DNA of 64,000 nucleotides from Candidatus Woesebacteria bacterium (GTDB lineage Bacteria; Patescibacteriota; Microgenomatia; UBA8517): NCBI GenBank assembly GCA_013374835.1, contig CP055307.1, positions 215,315 to 279,314 of the forward strand, read 5' to 3'. Shown piece by piece: positions 37,063 to 45,357 of this stretch (position 1 is its first letter; each line of letters starts with the position of its first letter). The notes under the pieces were generated by a model. It saw only the letters and a program-made list of their open reading frames with translations, ran no database searches and was not told where the DNA came from. The position numbers and the translations under genes were made by a program.

Positions 37063-37414
37063 ACACCTCTGCTGACGGCGATATGCCTCCTGTGATCGTC
37101 ACCACCGCTCTTAAATATCGCTTGCTCCTCTCAACTTGAAATTGATAACTGTTGTCAGCTGCGACAGTCACTTCGTCTCCGCCTTTGGCGACGCTTACAC
37201 CAGAGCTAAAGTCTGAAGCGTCTGATTCTTCAATCTTCACTTTCGTGGACGACTGATCTCCGAGGTTACCGATCTCGGCAAGAATTAAGGCTGAATCAAA
37301 GGCTGGTTTAGCACTGAGGTAAGTATCGACTCCGCTTCCTGTGATGGTCGTGGTTGTAGTTTGGATGGGGACTAGATTTACTTTTTTTACCGATTGGTTT
37401 AGCTGTTCGAGCAT
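37013..37414 (-). CDS. Hypothetical structural protein
   Basis: 133-aa ORF preceded by a terminator and an AGGAGG RBS. Confidence 0.4.
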   Translation of the reverse strand: MLEQLNQSVKKVNLVPIQTTTTTITGSGVDTYLSAKPAFDSALILAEIGNLGDQSSTKVKIEESDASDFSSGVSVAKGGDEVTVAADNSYQFQVERSKRYLRAVVTITGGISPSAEVFVGGLLWNAQRPFPML

Positions 37415-37439
37415 ATTTTTTCACCTCCTTGCCAACAAA

Positions 37440-37510
37440 AAAGGGGCTAAAACTCCTAAGCACACGCTTAATGCGTATGTCTAGAAGTCTTAGCCCCGAT
37501 AAATTCGTCA
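37440..37510 (-). terminator. Intrinsic terminator hairpin plus T-tract, preceded by conserved 16-mer GCCTGACGAATTTATC
   Basis: Minus strand GCCTGACGAATTTATC-GGGGCTAAGAC...GTTTTAGCCCC-TTTTTTGTTGG. The same 16-mer plus hairpin recurs at 40437..40511. Confidence 0.55.
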
Positions 37511-37571
37511 GGCTTGGTCTTCTATTTAACTATTTTCATTGTAATAAACCCTGGCAACAAATGTCAAGTGA

Positions 37572-37997
37572 TCATTGGTTTCGATATTTGTCCAAAGCAG
37601 TGGGTTTATAACCTTTGATGGCTTCTTGGGAGAGATCAAGGGTGCAAAGTTTGTGCAGCTCTGTTTCAATGTCGACGGCTCTTTGCCATTTTTCATCGTT
37701 GAAGTTGGGTTCGACTTTTTGGATTGTTCTCAGGTAGCTCTGCGCAAACTCGGCACACATTTTTTCTTTCGTGGGGTAGAGCTTTCCCTGGCTTCCTACG
37801 ATATCCTGTTGCCAGAGATAGTAAAAAAAGATTGCGACAATGGCGATGGTGAGGAGAAGTTTTAATGCTGTTTTTTTGCTTTTTCTTTCGTCTCTCATAT
37901 TCTCCTTTTCTAAGTATATCAATTTAACTCTTTTTGTCAACTTTAAGAGAGTTGAGGAGGTAGACAGTGTGTCTGTTTGGTGTGCCAATGTAGGCAT
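37572..37997 (-). CDS. Hypothetical membrane protein
   Basis: 141 aa with one TM helix (LLLTIAIVAIFFYYLW). Confidence 0.4.
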   Translation of the reverse strand: MPTLAHQTDTLSTSSTLLKLTKRVKLIYLEKENMRDERKSKKTALKLLLTIAIVAIFFYYLWQQDIVGSQGKLYPTKEKMCAEFAQSYLRTIQKVEPNFNDEKWQRAVDIETELHKLCTLDLSQEAIKGYKPTALDKYRNQ

Positions 37998-38077
37998 GAT
38001 GTAGACAAATAGTCTACCTCCTCGTTTGCCAGCTCTCAGATGGATGTTACACGATTGTCTGGGTAATCAGTAGCTTA

Positions 38078-38467
38078 TTACTGAACCCAAACGAATAGGT
38101 AAGACTCGACATTACCAGGACCGCCTGCGTTCCAGGTATCCGTGAAGCCTGTGCAGATGTAGGCATCGTAGGGTGTTTCGAGTTGATAGCCCATCACGGA
38201 TTTGTTGCGGAAGGCGTTGGCAACCTGGCTGTTGAAGGAGTAGATGCGGTAGCGTTCGGGGTCTGCGCTGAAAGTCTTGACGAGTTCGAACCCGTAATCG
38301 TTCCAGTCGCATTCTGCATACCCCATCCCCATGTAGTCTAGCGAGTATCGCCAGCTATTGGGGTTGTCCGCCCACTCGACAGGTTGGGTGACTGCGTAGG
38401 CGACGCCCACTACAGTCGTTAGAGCCACTGCTACGAGGAGCAGTGCTGCCATCAGTCGTTTCTTCAT
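38078..38467 (-). CDS. Hypothetical secreted protein
   Basis: Signal peptide MKKRLMAALLLVAVALTTVVGVAYA. 129 aa. Confidence 0.45.
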   Translation of the reverse strand: MKKRLMAALLLVAVALTTVVGVAYAVTQPVEWADNPNSWRYSLDYMGMGYAECDWNDYGFELVKTFSADPERYRIYSFNSQVANAFRNKSVMGYQLETPYDAYICTGFTDTWNAGGPGNVESYLFVWVQ

Positions 38468-38558
38468 CTGACACTCTCCTTAAGTTGTTAAAGAGCTGGC
38501 AAGTGTAAGCATACCTACTTTATCTGAGGAAGTCAAACATTTCCTACCTTTCTGACTA

Positions 38559-40430
38559 CTAGCTTACGAGTCTATTTAGGAGGGGAATTTGCTGCAAACG
38601 GCTCTTTATGCCGTTTAGGAGGGCATTACCAGCCGTCTCTGCTGGTAAAGACCCTTCAGCGGGCGACACAGGGGCAACGGCGCTGGGTTCTGTCGGCGTC
38701 TCTGTTGATTCCGTGCCTGCCTCGGCTGGCTCTGCACCCAGCAATACCTCAATATAAGAGTCGAGATCCAGCTCCTCCAGCAACATCTTCTGCAGCTCTC
38801 TCTTTCTCTTGAGCCAGACTTTTACCTCATTTTCGTCGTTGGAGTTGGGTTTGTCTTGGGCGATTAGCTTGTCGTAGAGCATTAGGATTTGGTTTATTCT
38901 GGCTGTTTGGTCGGGTGGAATGACTGGGTCAACTGTGACGATGGCATCTACCTTTACCTCTTTATCCTTTGCCTTGAATTCTTTGAAGTCGACTTCCTCG
39001 CCCACGACTCGATAGAGCTTGTCTTTATCGATAAACTCTCGGTTCATTTCGATGAGGATGTTGGCTACCTGGGTGAGTGCGATCCCGATGTTCTGGGCAT
39101 TCATGCTCAGGCGCAGGTTGCTTTGCCCCAGAAGCATTGCCACCTTGCCGAGTGGCTCTTGTGCGCTTTGTGGTATGCCCTGCATATACTCGCCAAGTGC
39201 CAGGGTTCGGCTTATCTCGTCTCGCATCAGTTTGTCTTCGTTTACTCCCATGAGGCTTATTTCAGGCGGTCTTTCTATTACGGCGTCGTCCATTTTCCTC
39301 AGCTCCCAGACTGCGCCTGGCGCAAAGACTATATCGTTTTTGGTTATGCCTGATTCCTTCCTGATTTTGACTACTGGGTCAAGCATAAGAACGATGTCAT
39401 CCATACGCTGGTTACGAAGGTCTGCGATCTCCAGAATAGTGGTTTCGACTGGTTCAATGTGACCTGTCGCCCAGAATTCCCAAAGCAGAGGCATGTCTGG
39501 CAGGTCGACGAAGATCCGCCCACCGTTGATCGCAAGGTATGGGTTCTCGTCATCCCTGGTGAGGACTTCCTGGTTCATAATCACGACGAGCTTGTCGTCT
39601 TCCCAGTCCCAGCATTCCCAGATTTCGACCTGCTTTTCGCCTTCGGACTTTTCGGGGAGGATTTTGCTCTCGCCTGATGCGTTTTCCTTTTCGCCCCCGC
39701 CCATCTGAGCCATCTTTTTGGCGTTTATCTCGTAGCGCTCTTTCTTCCAGTCTTCGACGATCTTGTCTTCGACATACTCCAGGTTTTTATAAATCCTATT
39801 TTCGCCTCTGGCTTTTTCTTCTTTTTCGATTCGGGCTTTGGGTTTGACGATGCGGTGGATTAACCAGGGACAGTCCTCCTGCAGGTCGGTGGTTTCAGGA
39901 GCGGGGAGGATATCCCACAGATCACACAGGCTCATGCTGGGGTCATCAAAAATTGTAGTTACCTTTCCATCGTTATCAGTTGTGGTCAGCACTTTCCATG
40001 CCAGCTTCACGATGCCGTTGCCGTATAAGGTTGAGGCTTCGATCCAGCTGGGGAGTTTCTTTGCCAGGTCGATGATGTCAAAGTCGTAGTTGACTAGGTT
40101 ATCCCAGGAATCCAGCGCTGGGGAGTTAAGGTCGGTTTTCTCTCTTGGCAGGATTCTTGTCTTGCGCTTGGCGCTTGCCAGCCTGGACACGACTGTTTTG
40201 ACGATTTCGAAGGCAATCGGGGGCATCAGGCGGGTATTGTAGGCGTAGTTAACCTTGTGCTGGTAGGCTCGGTATAACTGATACAGCCTCAGCCATTTTG
40301 CCTGGTATGGCTCTCGGAATTCTTTAGCTCGCTTGAACCTTTTTTGCCACTTCTCGATAAGTTTTGCGTCTGCTTCTGGCGGTTCGTAGCGCCCTGGTTG
40401 TGTGACTTTTTCTTCTTTGACTTCTGGCAT
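38559..40430 (-). CDS. Portal protein
   Basis: 623 aa. N-terminal YQLYRAYQHKVNYAYNTRLMPPIAFEIVKTVVSRL region typical of portals, with an acidic C-terminal tail. Position between terminase and head genes. Confidence 0.6.
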   Translation of the reverse strand: MPEVKEEKVTQPGRYEPPEADAKLIEKWQKRFKRAKEFREPYQAKWLRLYQLYRAYQHKVNYAYNTRLMPPIAFEIVKTVVSRLASAKRKTRILPREKTDLNSPALDSWDNLVNYDFDIIDLAKKLPSWIEASTLYGNGIVKLAWKVLTTTDNDGKVTTIFDDPSMSLCDLWDILPAPETTDLQEDCPWLIHRIVKPKARIEKEEKARGENRIYKNLEYVEDKIVEDWKKERYEINAKKMAQMGGGEKENASGESKILPEKSEGEKQVEIWECWDWEDDKLVVIMNQEVLTRDDENPYLAINGGRIFVDLPDMPLLWEFWATGHIEPVETTILEIADLRNQRMDDIVLMLDPVVKIRKESGITKNDIVFAPGAVWELRKMDDAVIERPPEISLMGVNEDKLMRDEISRTLALGEYMQGIPQSAQEPLGKVAMLLGQSNLRLSMNAQNIGIALTQVANILIEMNREFIDKDKLYRVVGEEVDFKEFKAKDKEVKVDAIVTVDPVIPPDQTARINQILMLYDKLIAQDKPNSNDENEVKVWLKRKRELQKMLLEELDLDSYIEVLLGAEPAEAGTESTETPTEPSAVAPVSPAEGSLPAETAGNALLNGIKSRLQQIPLLNRLVS

Positions 40431-40436
40431 AGGTTT

Positions 40437-40511
40437 TTCTCCAATAAAAAACGGGGCTTGGGTTTTCCTACTCTGGTGAGTAAAAAAACCTAAGCCCCGA
40501 TAAATTCGTCA
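40437..40511 (-). terminator. Intrinsic terminator hairpin plus T-tract, preceded by conserved 16-mer GCCTGACGAATTTATC
   Basis: Minus strand GCCTGACGAATTTATC-GGGGCTTAGGTTTTTTT...AAAACCCAAGCCCC-GTTTTTTATTGG. Lies downstream of the nuclease gene and upstream of the portal gene. Confidence 0.55.
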
Positions 40512-40569
40512 GGCGGATTACTTTGCTGCCTTCATTCTAACAAAGTCTCAAAGAAAAATGCAAGTGGTT

Positions 40570-41571
40570 TTAAATTGATTCACACGCTACGCCGTCTCCA
40601 ACTCCTACTGAGTCCAGTTTCATTGGATCGTTGGTGGCTGTAAATCCGCAGCAATCAAAGAATGCTTGCGCTTCGGCGTGGGAGGAGAAATCCGAGCAAT
40701 CTCGGTCTGGGCTGGTGCAGGAGTATTTGCACGCTCCGCCTCCCGATGTGGTCGTTTGTGTCGGTGCGCTTGTTGGTTGCGTAACAGGTTTTGCAGTGGG
40801 TTTTGTGGTAGCAACGGGACAGGCGTCATCTGCCCATAGTCCTTTTTTGCCTTGCTCTGCGTCCTTCTGCGCCTGCTTATATTCTGCTTGATATTTATAG
40901 GGGAGATTATAGGTGTATTCGTAGGCATAACCTGTGGCGATCATCAGTTTGCCAAAATCGACAGTGCCGTTGTCTATCCACACATACCTCAAAAGGCGAT
41001 TGTATTTGTCTCTCTCACCCTGAGTTGGATCGGCTTCCAGCTGCACTGTTTTATCCGCAAGATACTCTTTTGCCTTAGCTGAGGCTTCTTGTCCGAAGCA
41101 TTCTACTGGTTTTCTGGGGTCGACTGTCTCTGGTGTGTTAATTCCTATAATCCTGATTCTCTCTGTTTTGCCGTCAAACGAAACATCGATTGTGTCGCCG
41201 TCAATGACCCTGGTCATTTTAGCGGTCTGCATGTTTGTGGGAGTGGTCAATTCCTGGGTAGGAGATGGCTCTTTGGTTGTCTCAACGGCTGTTGTTTGCG
41301 CTTCTGGGGTAGGGGTGGCTTGTGTCGTTTGCTCTTGGTTTCGCTCTGGCTTGCTGGGGGAGGTCATGGCTGAAATCCACACTCCACCAAAGGTTAAAGT
41401 AAATAGAGCAATTATCGCCAAGAAGGAATACTTTAATTTCGAGCTGCCGACCTTTTTATAAACGAACCAGCCAGCTCCCAGTCCTATGGCAATCGGAAGA
41501 AATGCTAGGGATAAAATCCCTATCAGAGGAATTATAATCAGTTTTCGCTTACCTTCGAGTAATCCTTTCAT
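40570..41571 (-). CDS. Membrane-anchored secreted thermonuclease (SNase-like) with C-terminal Excalibur Ca-binding domain
   Basis: Two N-terminal TM helices and a Thr/Pro-rich linker. SNase core IDGDTIDV...ERIRIIGINTPE...KYNRLLRYVW. C-terminal DSVGVGDGVACE matches the Excalibur DxDxDGxxCE motif. Confidence 0.75.
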   Translation of the reverse strand: MKGLLEGKRKLIIIPLIGILSLAFLPIAIGLGAGWFVYKKVGSSKLKYSFLAIIALFTLTFGGVWISAMTSPSKPERNQEQTTQATPTPEAQTTAVETTKEPSPTQELTTPTNMQTAKMTRVIDGDTIDVSFDGKTERIRIIGINTPETVDPRKPVECFGQEASAKAKEYLADKTVQLEADPTQGERDKYNRLLRYVWIDNGTVDFGKLMIATGYAYEYTYNLPYKYQAEYKQAQKDAEQGKKGLWADDACPVATTKPTAKPVTQPTSAPTQTTTSGGGACKYSCTSPDRDCSDFSSHAEAQAFFDCCGFTATNDPMKLDSVGVGDGVACESI

Positions 41572-41671
41572 TCATTTTCCTGATTAATACCTGAATTATA
41601 GGCTTCTTTAAATTAATTTGCAACTGATCTAGCCCTTTGCTTAGGGCTAGACCTTTATGTTCGATCTGGTC

Positions 41672-42418
41672 TTAGTTTTTTGCCAGGTCGTAGGTGTCAT
41701 TGTCGTAAACAACTATCTGCCCGCCACTGGTGATGGTTACATTGATCAGTGCCGTAGTTTTGCCGTTTTTATCTTTCGTTCTCCAGGCGTAAAAGTAATT
41801 CACCAGCTTACCTGGAGTGATTCCGTCTCCGCCGTCCTTCATGCCCTGATACTCTTTGGTCATACTGGTGATATCGACGCCGAAGATGTTTTTATGGTCA
41901 GCAATGAATTTCTCGGCGACTTCGCCCGCTTCTTCTGCACTGTAGCGGGGAGTATAGTCATACTCTGGCGCTTCTTCAAACCAGTGTGTGCCGTCTGCGT
42001 TTTCTCCCCATCTGCGTTCCGCTTCGGTTTTCTCAATGATGTAGTTAGTTTCTGGGTCGATGGTAAAAGCCCATCTATCTGCCTCGTAATACTCATAGTT
42101 ACCCCTTCCGCAGGTGAATTTTACCTCAACCTCTGGCATGCCCAGGAACTCTTTCACATTGGCTACCGCCTGCTCTCTTTCAGTTGCTGGTCTGGATTTT
42201 AAGAGGCAGTATTGCTCCTTTGCGTCTTTATACTCCTGAGAGTCTTTGTCTTCGATACTTGCTAGGTTCGCCTCTGTTTGGGCTATAAGCTGGGCTTGCG
42301 TATCCTCAGCTGCAACTGCAACGGCGCTCTCTTTTGCTTTGCTCGCTTGGTAGTTATAAGCAAACGCTCCGAGGGCAAGAGCTACAGTCGCTGCCATCAA
42401 TATCTGCTTTCCTTTCAT
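41672..42418 (-). CDS. Secreted protein, paralogue A of a two-member family
   Basis: Signal peptide. Shares YYEADRWAFTIDPETNYIIEK and C-terminal INVTITSGGQIVVYDND with ORF 43738..44523 (YYSEDYLFTVDVQTNKVLEV ... IQVGLTQGGQLIGYTN). Confidence 0.5.
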   Translation of the reverse strand: MKGKQILMAATVALALGAFAYNYQASKAKESAVAVAAEDTQAQLIAQTEANLASIEDKDSQEYKDAKEQYCLLKSRPATEREQAVANVKEFLGMPEVEVKFTCGRGNYEYYEADRWAFTIDPETNYIIEKTEAERRWGENADGTHWFEEAPEYDYTPRYSAEEAGEVAEKFIADHKNIFGVDITSMTKEYQGMKDGGDGITPGKLVNYFYAWRTKDKNGKTTALINVTITSGGQIVVYDNDTYDLAKN

Positions 42419-42420
42419 TC

Positions 42421-42987
42421 TTATTCACCTCCTCTCTCTGTCGGTTGCTCTCTCTTTGGGATGCCTGGCATAAACAGGTAATTATAAGTTCTGCCTTGCA
42501 GGTAGGTGGGTTGGTTAAGGAGAATGTCAGCGATCTCCCAAGCGGTCATGCCTTTTTTCAGCCCGTAATAGGCGTTAATGTCAATTGTGTTGATGCCTTC
42601 CTTGTCTGGATCGCTTGTTGGGATAGCGATTGCCCCTTCTTTGCCTGGAGTAATGTCTTTGGTTTTCGCTAGTGCTTCTCTCAAGGCTGCCTCATCTTTA
42701 ACAAAGCCATAGTAGTAAAGATTGCCTATAATTCCGTCAAGAGTGGTATTCTCGGTGACATAAAAGGAGACTCCATTTTCTGCGTTTTTCCTAGCTTCTT
42801 CTGCTGTCATGCCCATTTTTTCGATGAAGTAGTCTTCTATCTCTTTACCTGCAGTTACATCTGGGGGTGCAAATCTGCTTTGCCTGTAGCTGAAGTAGGC
42901 ATATGAACCTGCGCTAACAGCAAGGAGGAGGATGGCTGCTATGATTATTTCTGCTAATCGGTTCGGCTTGGCTTTCGTGCTTTGCAT
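42421..42987 (-). CDS. Membrane-anchored hypothetical protein
   Basis: 188 aa with an N-terminal TM helix (IIIAAILLLAVSAGSYAYF). Upstream sigma70-like promoter (TTGACT-18-ATAATT) preceded by phased A-tracts. Confidence 0.45.
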   Translation of the reverse strand: MQSTKAKPNRLAEIIIAAILLLAVSAGSYAYFSYRQSRFAPPDVTAGKEIEDYFIEKMGMTAEEARKNAENGVSFYVTENTTLDGIIGNLYYYGFVKDEAALREALAKTKDITPGKEGAIAIPTSDPDKEGINTIDINAYYGLKKGMTAWEIADILLNQPTYLQGRTYNYLFMPGIPKREQPTERGGE

Positions 42988-43123
42988 AAGTCTTATAGCT
43001 TAATTGTACCCTAATTATCATCAAATCTAGTAGGAAGTCAAGTTTTTTCCTACTTTTCCAACTTTTCCCCTAAAACAAGCCAGCCCCCCTTGCGGGGGAC
43101 TGACTCTGACCTTCCGCTCCGCT

Positions 43124-43741
43124 TTAGGGTGCGTGGTTACCAGGACAGTAAGCGCTCCACTGGCTTGCCTCGTGACAGATTTCGGTCTCATCAAAACCGA
43201 TCTGGGTTGAGGGGGATTCACAAGTATCGTCGTCAAGCCAGGTGTTCATGATCTGATAACGATTCTCTCCTGTTGGGAATGAAACCCAATAGTTGTAAAA
43301 GTTATTCTGGTTGATCTCGAACGAGTAGCTACTTCCTCCATTGTAGGTAACCGTATAAGGCGCTCTGGTTGTTGTGGCGTAGTTGCTGGGTATGAAAGCA
43401 TACCAGTAACTCCACTGGGCGATGTTGCCCATGTTCCATCTGGCGTAGTTACTCAGAGAGCAACCTGAGTAAGTCTTCCACATACTGCGGGTCACCTGGT
43501 TATAAGGTGAGTTGTGAGCGCATTGCCTATTCTCACACCAATCGTAGTCAGCTGGCGCATTACACCAACCCATACTGCCGTGTTCCCACCAGTATTCGCT
43601 CGGACCATATCTATCGAAGTAATTACCACCAGTACAGATGATAGTTCTTTCGTTGTACGCCAAAGCACCCCTTGTACCTGCCAGCCCAACGATGGCTACC
43701 AATGCTAAAGCGAAGAGAATTTTTGATAAAGTTTTTATCAT
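43124..43741 (-). CDS. Secreted Cys- and aromatic-rich hypothetical protein
   Basis: Signal peptide MIKTLSKILFALALVAIVGLAGTRGALA. 10 Cys and many Trp/Tyr. No known motif. Confidence 0.45.
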   Translation of the reverse strand: MIKTLSKILFALALVAIVGLAGTRGALAYNERTIICTGGNYFDRYGPSEYWWEHGSMGWCNAPADYDWCENRQCAHNSPYNQVTRSMWKTYSGCSLSNYARWNMGNIAQWSYWYAFIPSNYATTTRAPYTVTYNGGSSYSFEINQNNFYNYWVSFPTGENRYQIMNTWLDDDTCESPSTQIGFDETEICHEASQWSAYCPGNHAP

Positions 43742-44523
43742 AGACCCTCAAAAAAGCCTGCATTGGTATAGCCGATCAGTTGTCCGCCCTGGGTCAAGCC
43801 CACTTGAATAAATGGTCTTTGACCCTCTGAGGTTTTTTCTCCCGTCCAGCGGAAGAAGTATGTCCCTACCTTCTGACCTCTTTCGAGCTGCAGGGAGTCC
43901 AGATCCACTCCCAAGTTTTGAGCGTCGACAAGTTTCCTTGCCATCGCTTCCAATTGAGCCTGGTTATAGCGTGGAGTCATGTCCTCAAAGGCTGCAGGTT
44001 CACCAACTTCTTTCGGTCTCATGTAGACCTCAAGCACTTTGTTGGTTTGGACATCAACTGTGAATAGGTAATCCTCAGAGTAGTAGGTTTCGGCTGCGAG
44101 CTTTTTGAATCCTTGAACTGCTCCTGGTCTGCCTCCATACACGGGGTGCTGGACAGGCTGTCCTTCTACAGTGTAGAGGAATCTGTCGTTCCATGCGGTG
44201 ATGGCTTCGACAGTTTTTGCTCTGTCTTCAGCGGGTCGTGCGGTAAGCTCCAGTATTTCGTTGTATACTTCCTTCTCGACTCGGCGGACTTCCTCAGCGG
44301 TCTTCCCAGCGAATACTCTCTCACCATACTTGTTGATGGTAAATTCGCCGTTTTTCATCGCCTCAGCGGTTACATCCTTGAGTTTCTGCTCTAAAGCCTC
44401 AATCCTAGCTTGCTTTGGGTCTTGCTGCGCTCCGACGGGCTGTGTCCTTGAGAGACCATACCCGACAAGCACGGCAACGGCAAGTAGGGGAAGGATTACG
44501 AACAATCTTTTCGTATACCTCAT
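43738..44523 (-). CDS. Secreted protein, paralogue B
   Basis: Signal peptide. Paralogous to ORF 41672..42418 (see above). Confidence 0.5.
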   Translation of the reverse strand: MRYTKRLFVILPLLAVAVLVGYGLSRTQPVGAQQDPKQARIEALEQKLKDVTAEAMKNGEFTINKYGERVFAGKTAEEVRRVEKEVYNEILELTARPAEDRAKTVEAITAWNDRFLYTVEGQPVQHPVYGGRPGAVQGFKKLAAETYYSEDYLFTVDVQTNKVLEVYMRPKEVGEPAAFEDMTPRYNQAQLEAMARKLVDAQNLGVDLDSLQLERGQKVGTYFFRWTGEKTSEGQRPFIQVGLTQGGQLIGYTNAGFFEGL

Positions 44524-44749
44524 AGCTTTTTTATTTTTTCACCTCCTTTCTAGTTTTAAATAAATAATCACCCAATATGATGGGTATTGGGCTTCGAATT
44601 AGGGGAGAGTTTGAACAAGGGGATAATGCTATTTTAGGAGGCGATGATAGTGGGAGTTTTCCTACTTTTCCTACCATTCTGACATTAAGTATTAACCCTT
44701 TTTTCTTAAATGTCAAGCGCAGTAATTTTCCGATTTGACGCCCTTTTTC

Positions 44750-44956
44750 TTATACCTGGTTCGTGCTGTTTATAACCAGTCCGCTCAATATCGCCCATCC
44801 TGTTTTTACTATAATCACTGAGGTTGCCAAAGCGAGGATTGCCAGCCCTGCGTCAGTGTTTATTCCCAGCGCCACAATGGCTAGAAAACCCCAGAAGATT
44901 GCCAGCCAGAGCCAGTAGCCTGCTATTTCACCAATAAATTGCAATGCTTTTTTCAT
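44750..44956 (-). CDS. Small membrane protein (two TM helices)
   Basis: 68 aa: IAGYWLWLAIFWGFLAIVALGI and AILALATSVIIVKTGWAIL. Confidence 0.35.
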   Translation of the reverse strand: MKKALQFIGEIAGYWLWLAIFWGFLAIVALGINTDAGLAILALATSVIIVKTGWAILSGLVINSTNQV

Positions 44957-45144
44957 CAGTCCAAAGAATACTCAGAACTTCTTGTAAGTCAAGCGCTTTT
45001 TGAATCTGCGCTCGTATTCCGCTTGTTCGATCCAGGTTATAGCTGCCCACCGTCCGTTCTTGAGTTTGACTGGCGTCCTGTAGACTGGGCTTCTGAAGCA
45101 AGCCTCTTTACAGCTTTTGAGAGTAGGGTAGGTTCTTAATTGCA

Positions 45145-45357
45145 TTATATTTCTACGCTCTTTGGTTTTGGCTGCTCACGCTCTGGACTGAACTTACCCT
45201 CTTTGTTGAGCTTCCTGTATTCGGTGACTTCTTTTCGGAATGCCTTGCCATCCTGCACGAAGATGGTCAGCCTGCCATAGCACATCTTGCGAAGGTCTTG
45301 TATGATCTCCAACTCCGCCTGGGTTAAATCGATTGTAATTTTATTTGTTTGGCTCAT
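45145..45357 (-). CDS. Hypothetical small protein
   Basis: 70-aa ORF overlapping the TerL stop. Confidence 0.3.
   Translation of the reverse strand: MSQTNKITIDLTQAELEIIQDLRKMCYGRLTIFVQDGKAFRKEVTEYRKLNKEGKFSPEREQPKPKSVEI

Noticed and set aside
43027-43236. 69-aa ORF (and similar 44531..44716) containing a GKVGKVGK motif
   Set aside because: It is generated by reading phased A-tract promoter-like DNA (TTTTCCTACTTTTCC repeats) on the coding strand. It is treated as regulatory DNA, not a gene.
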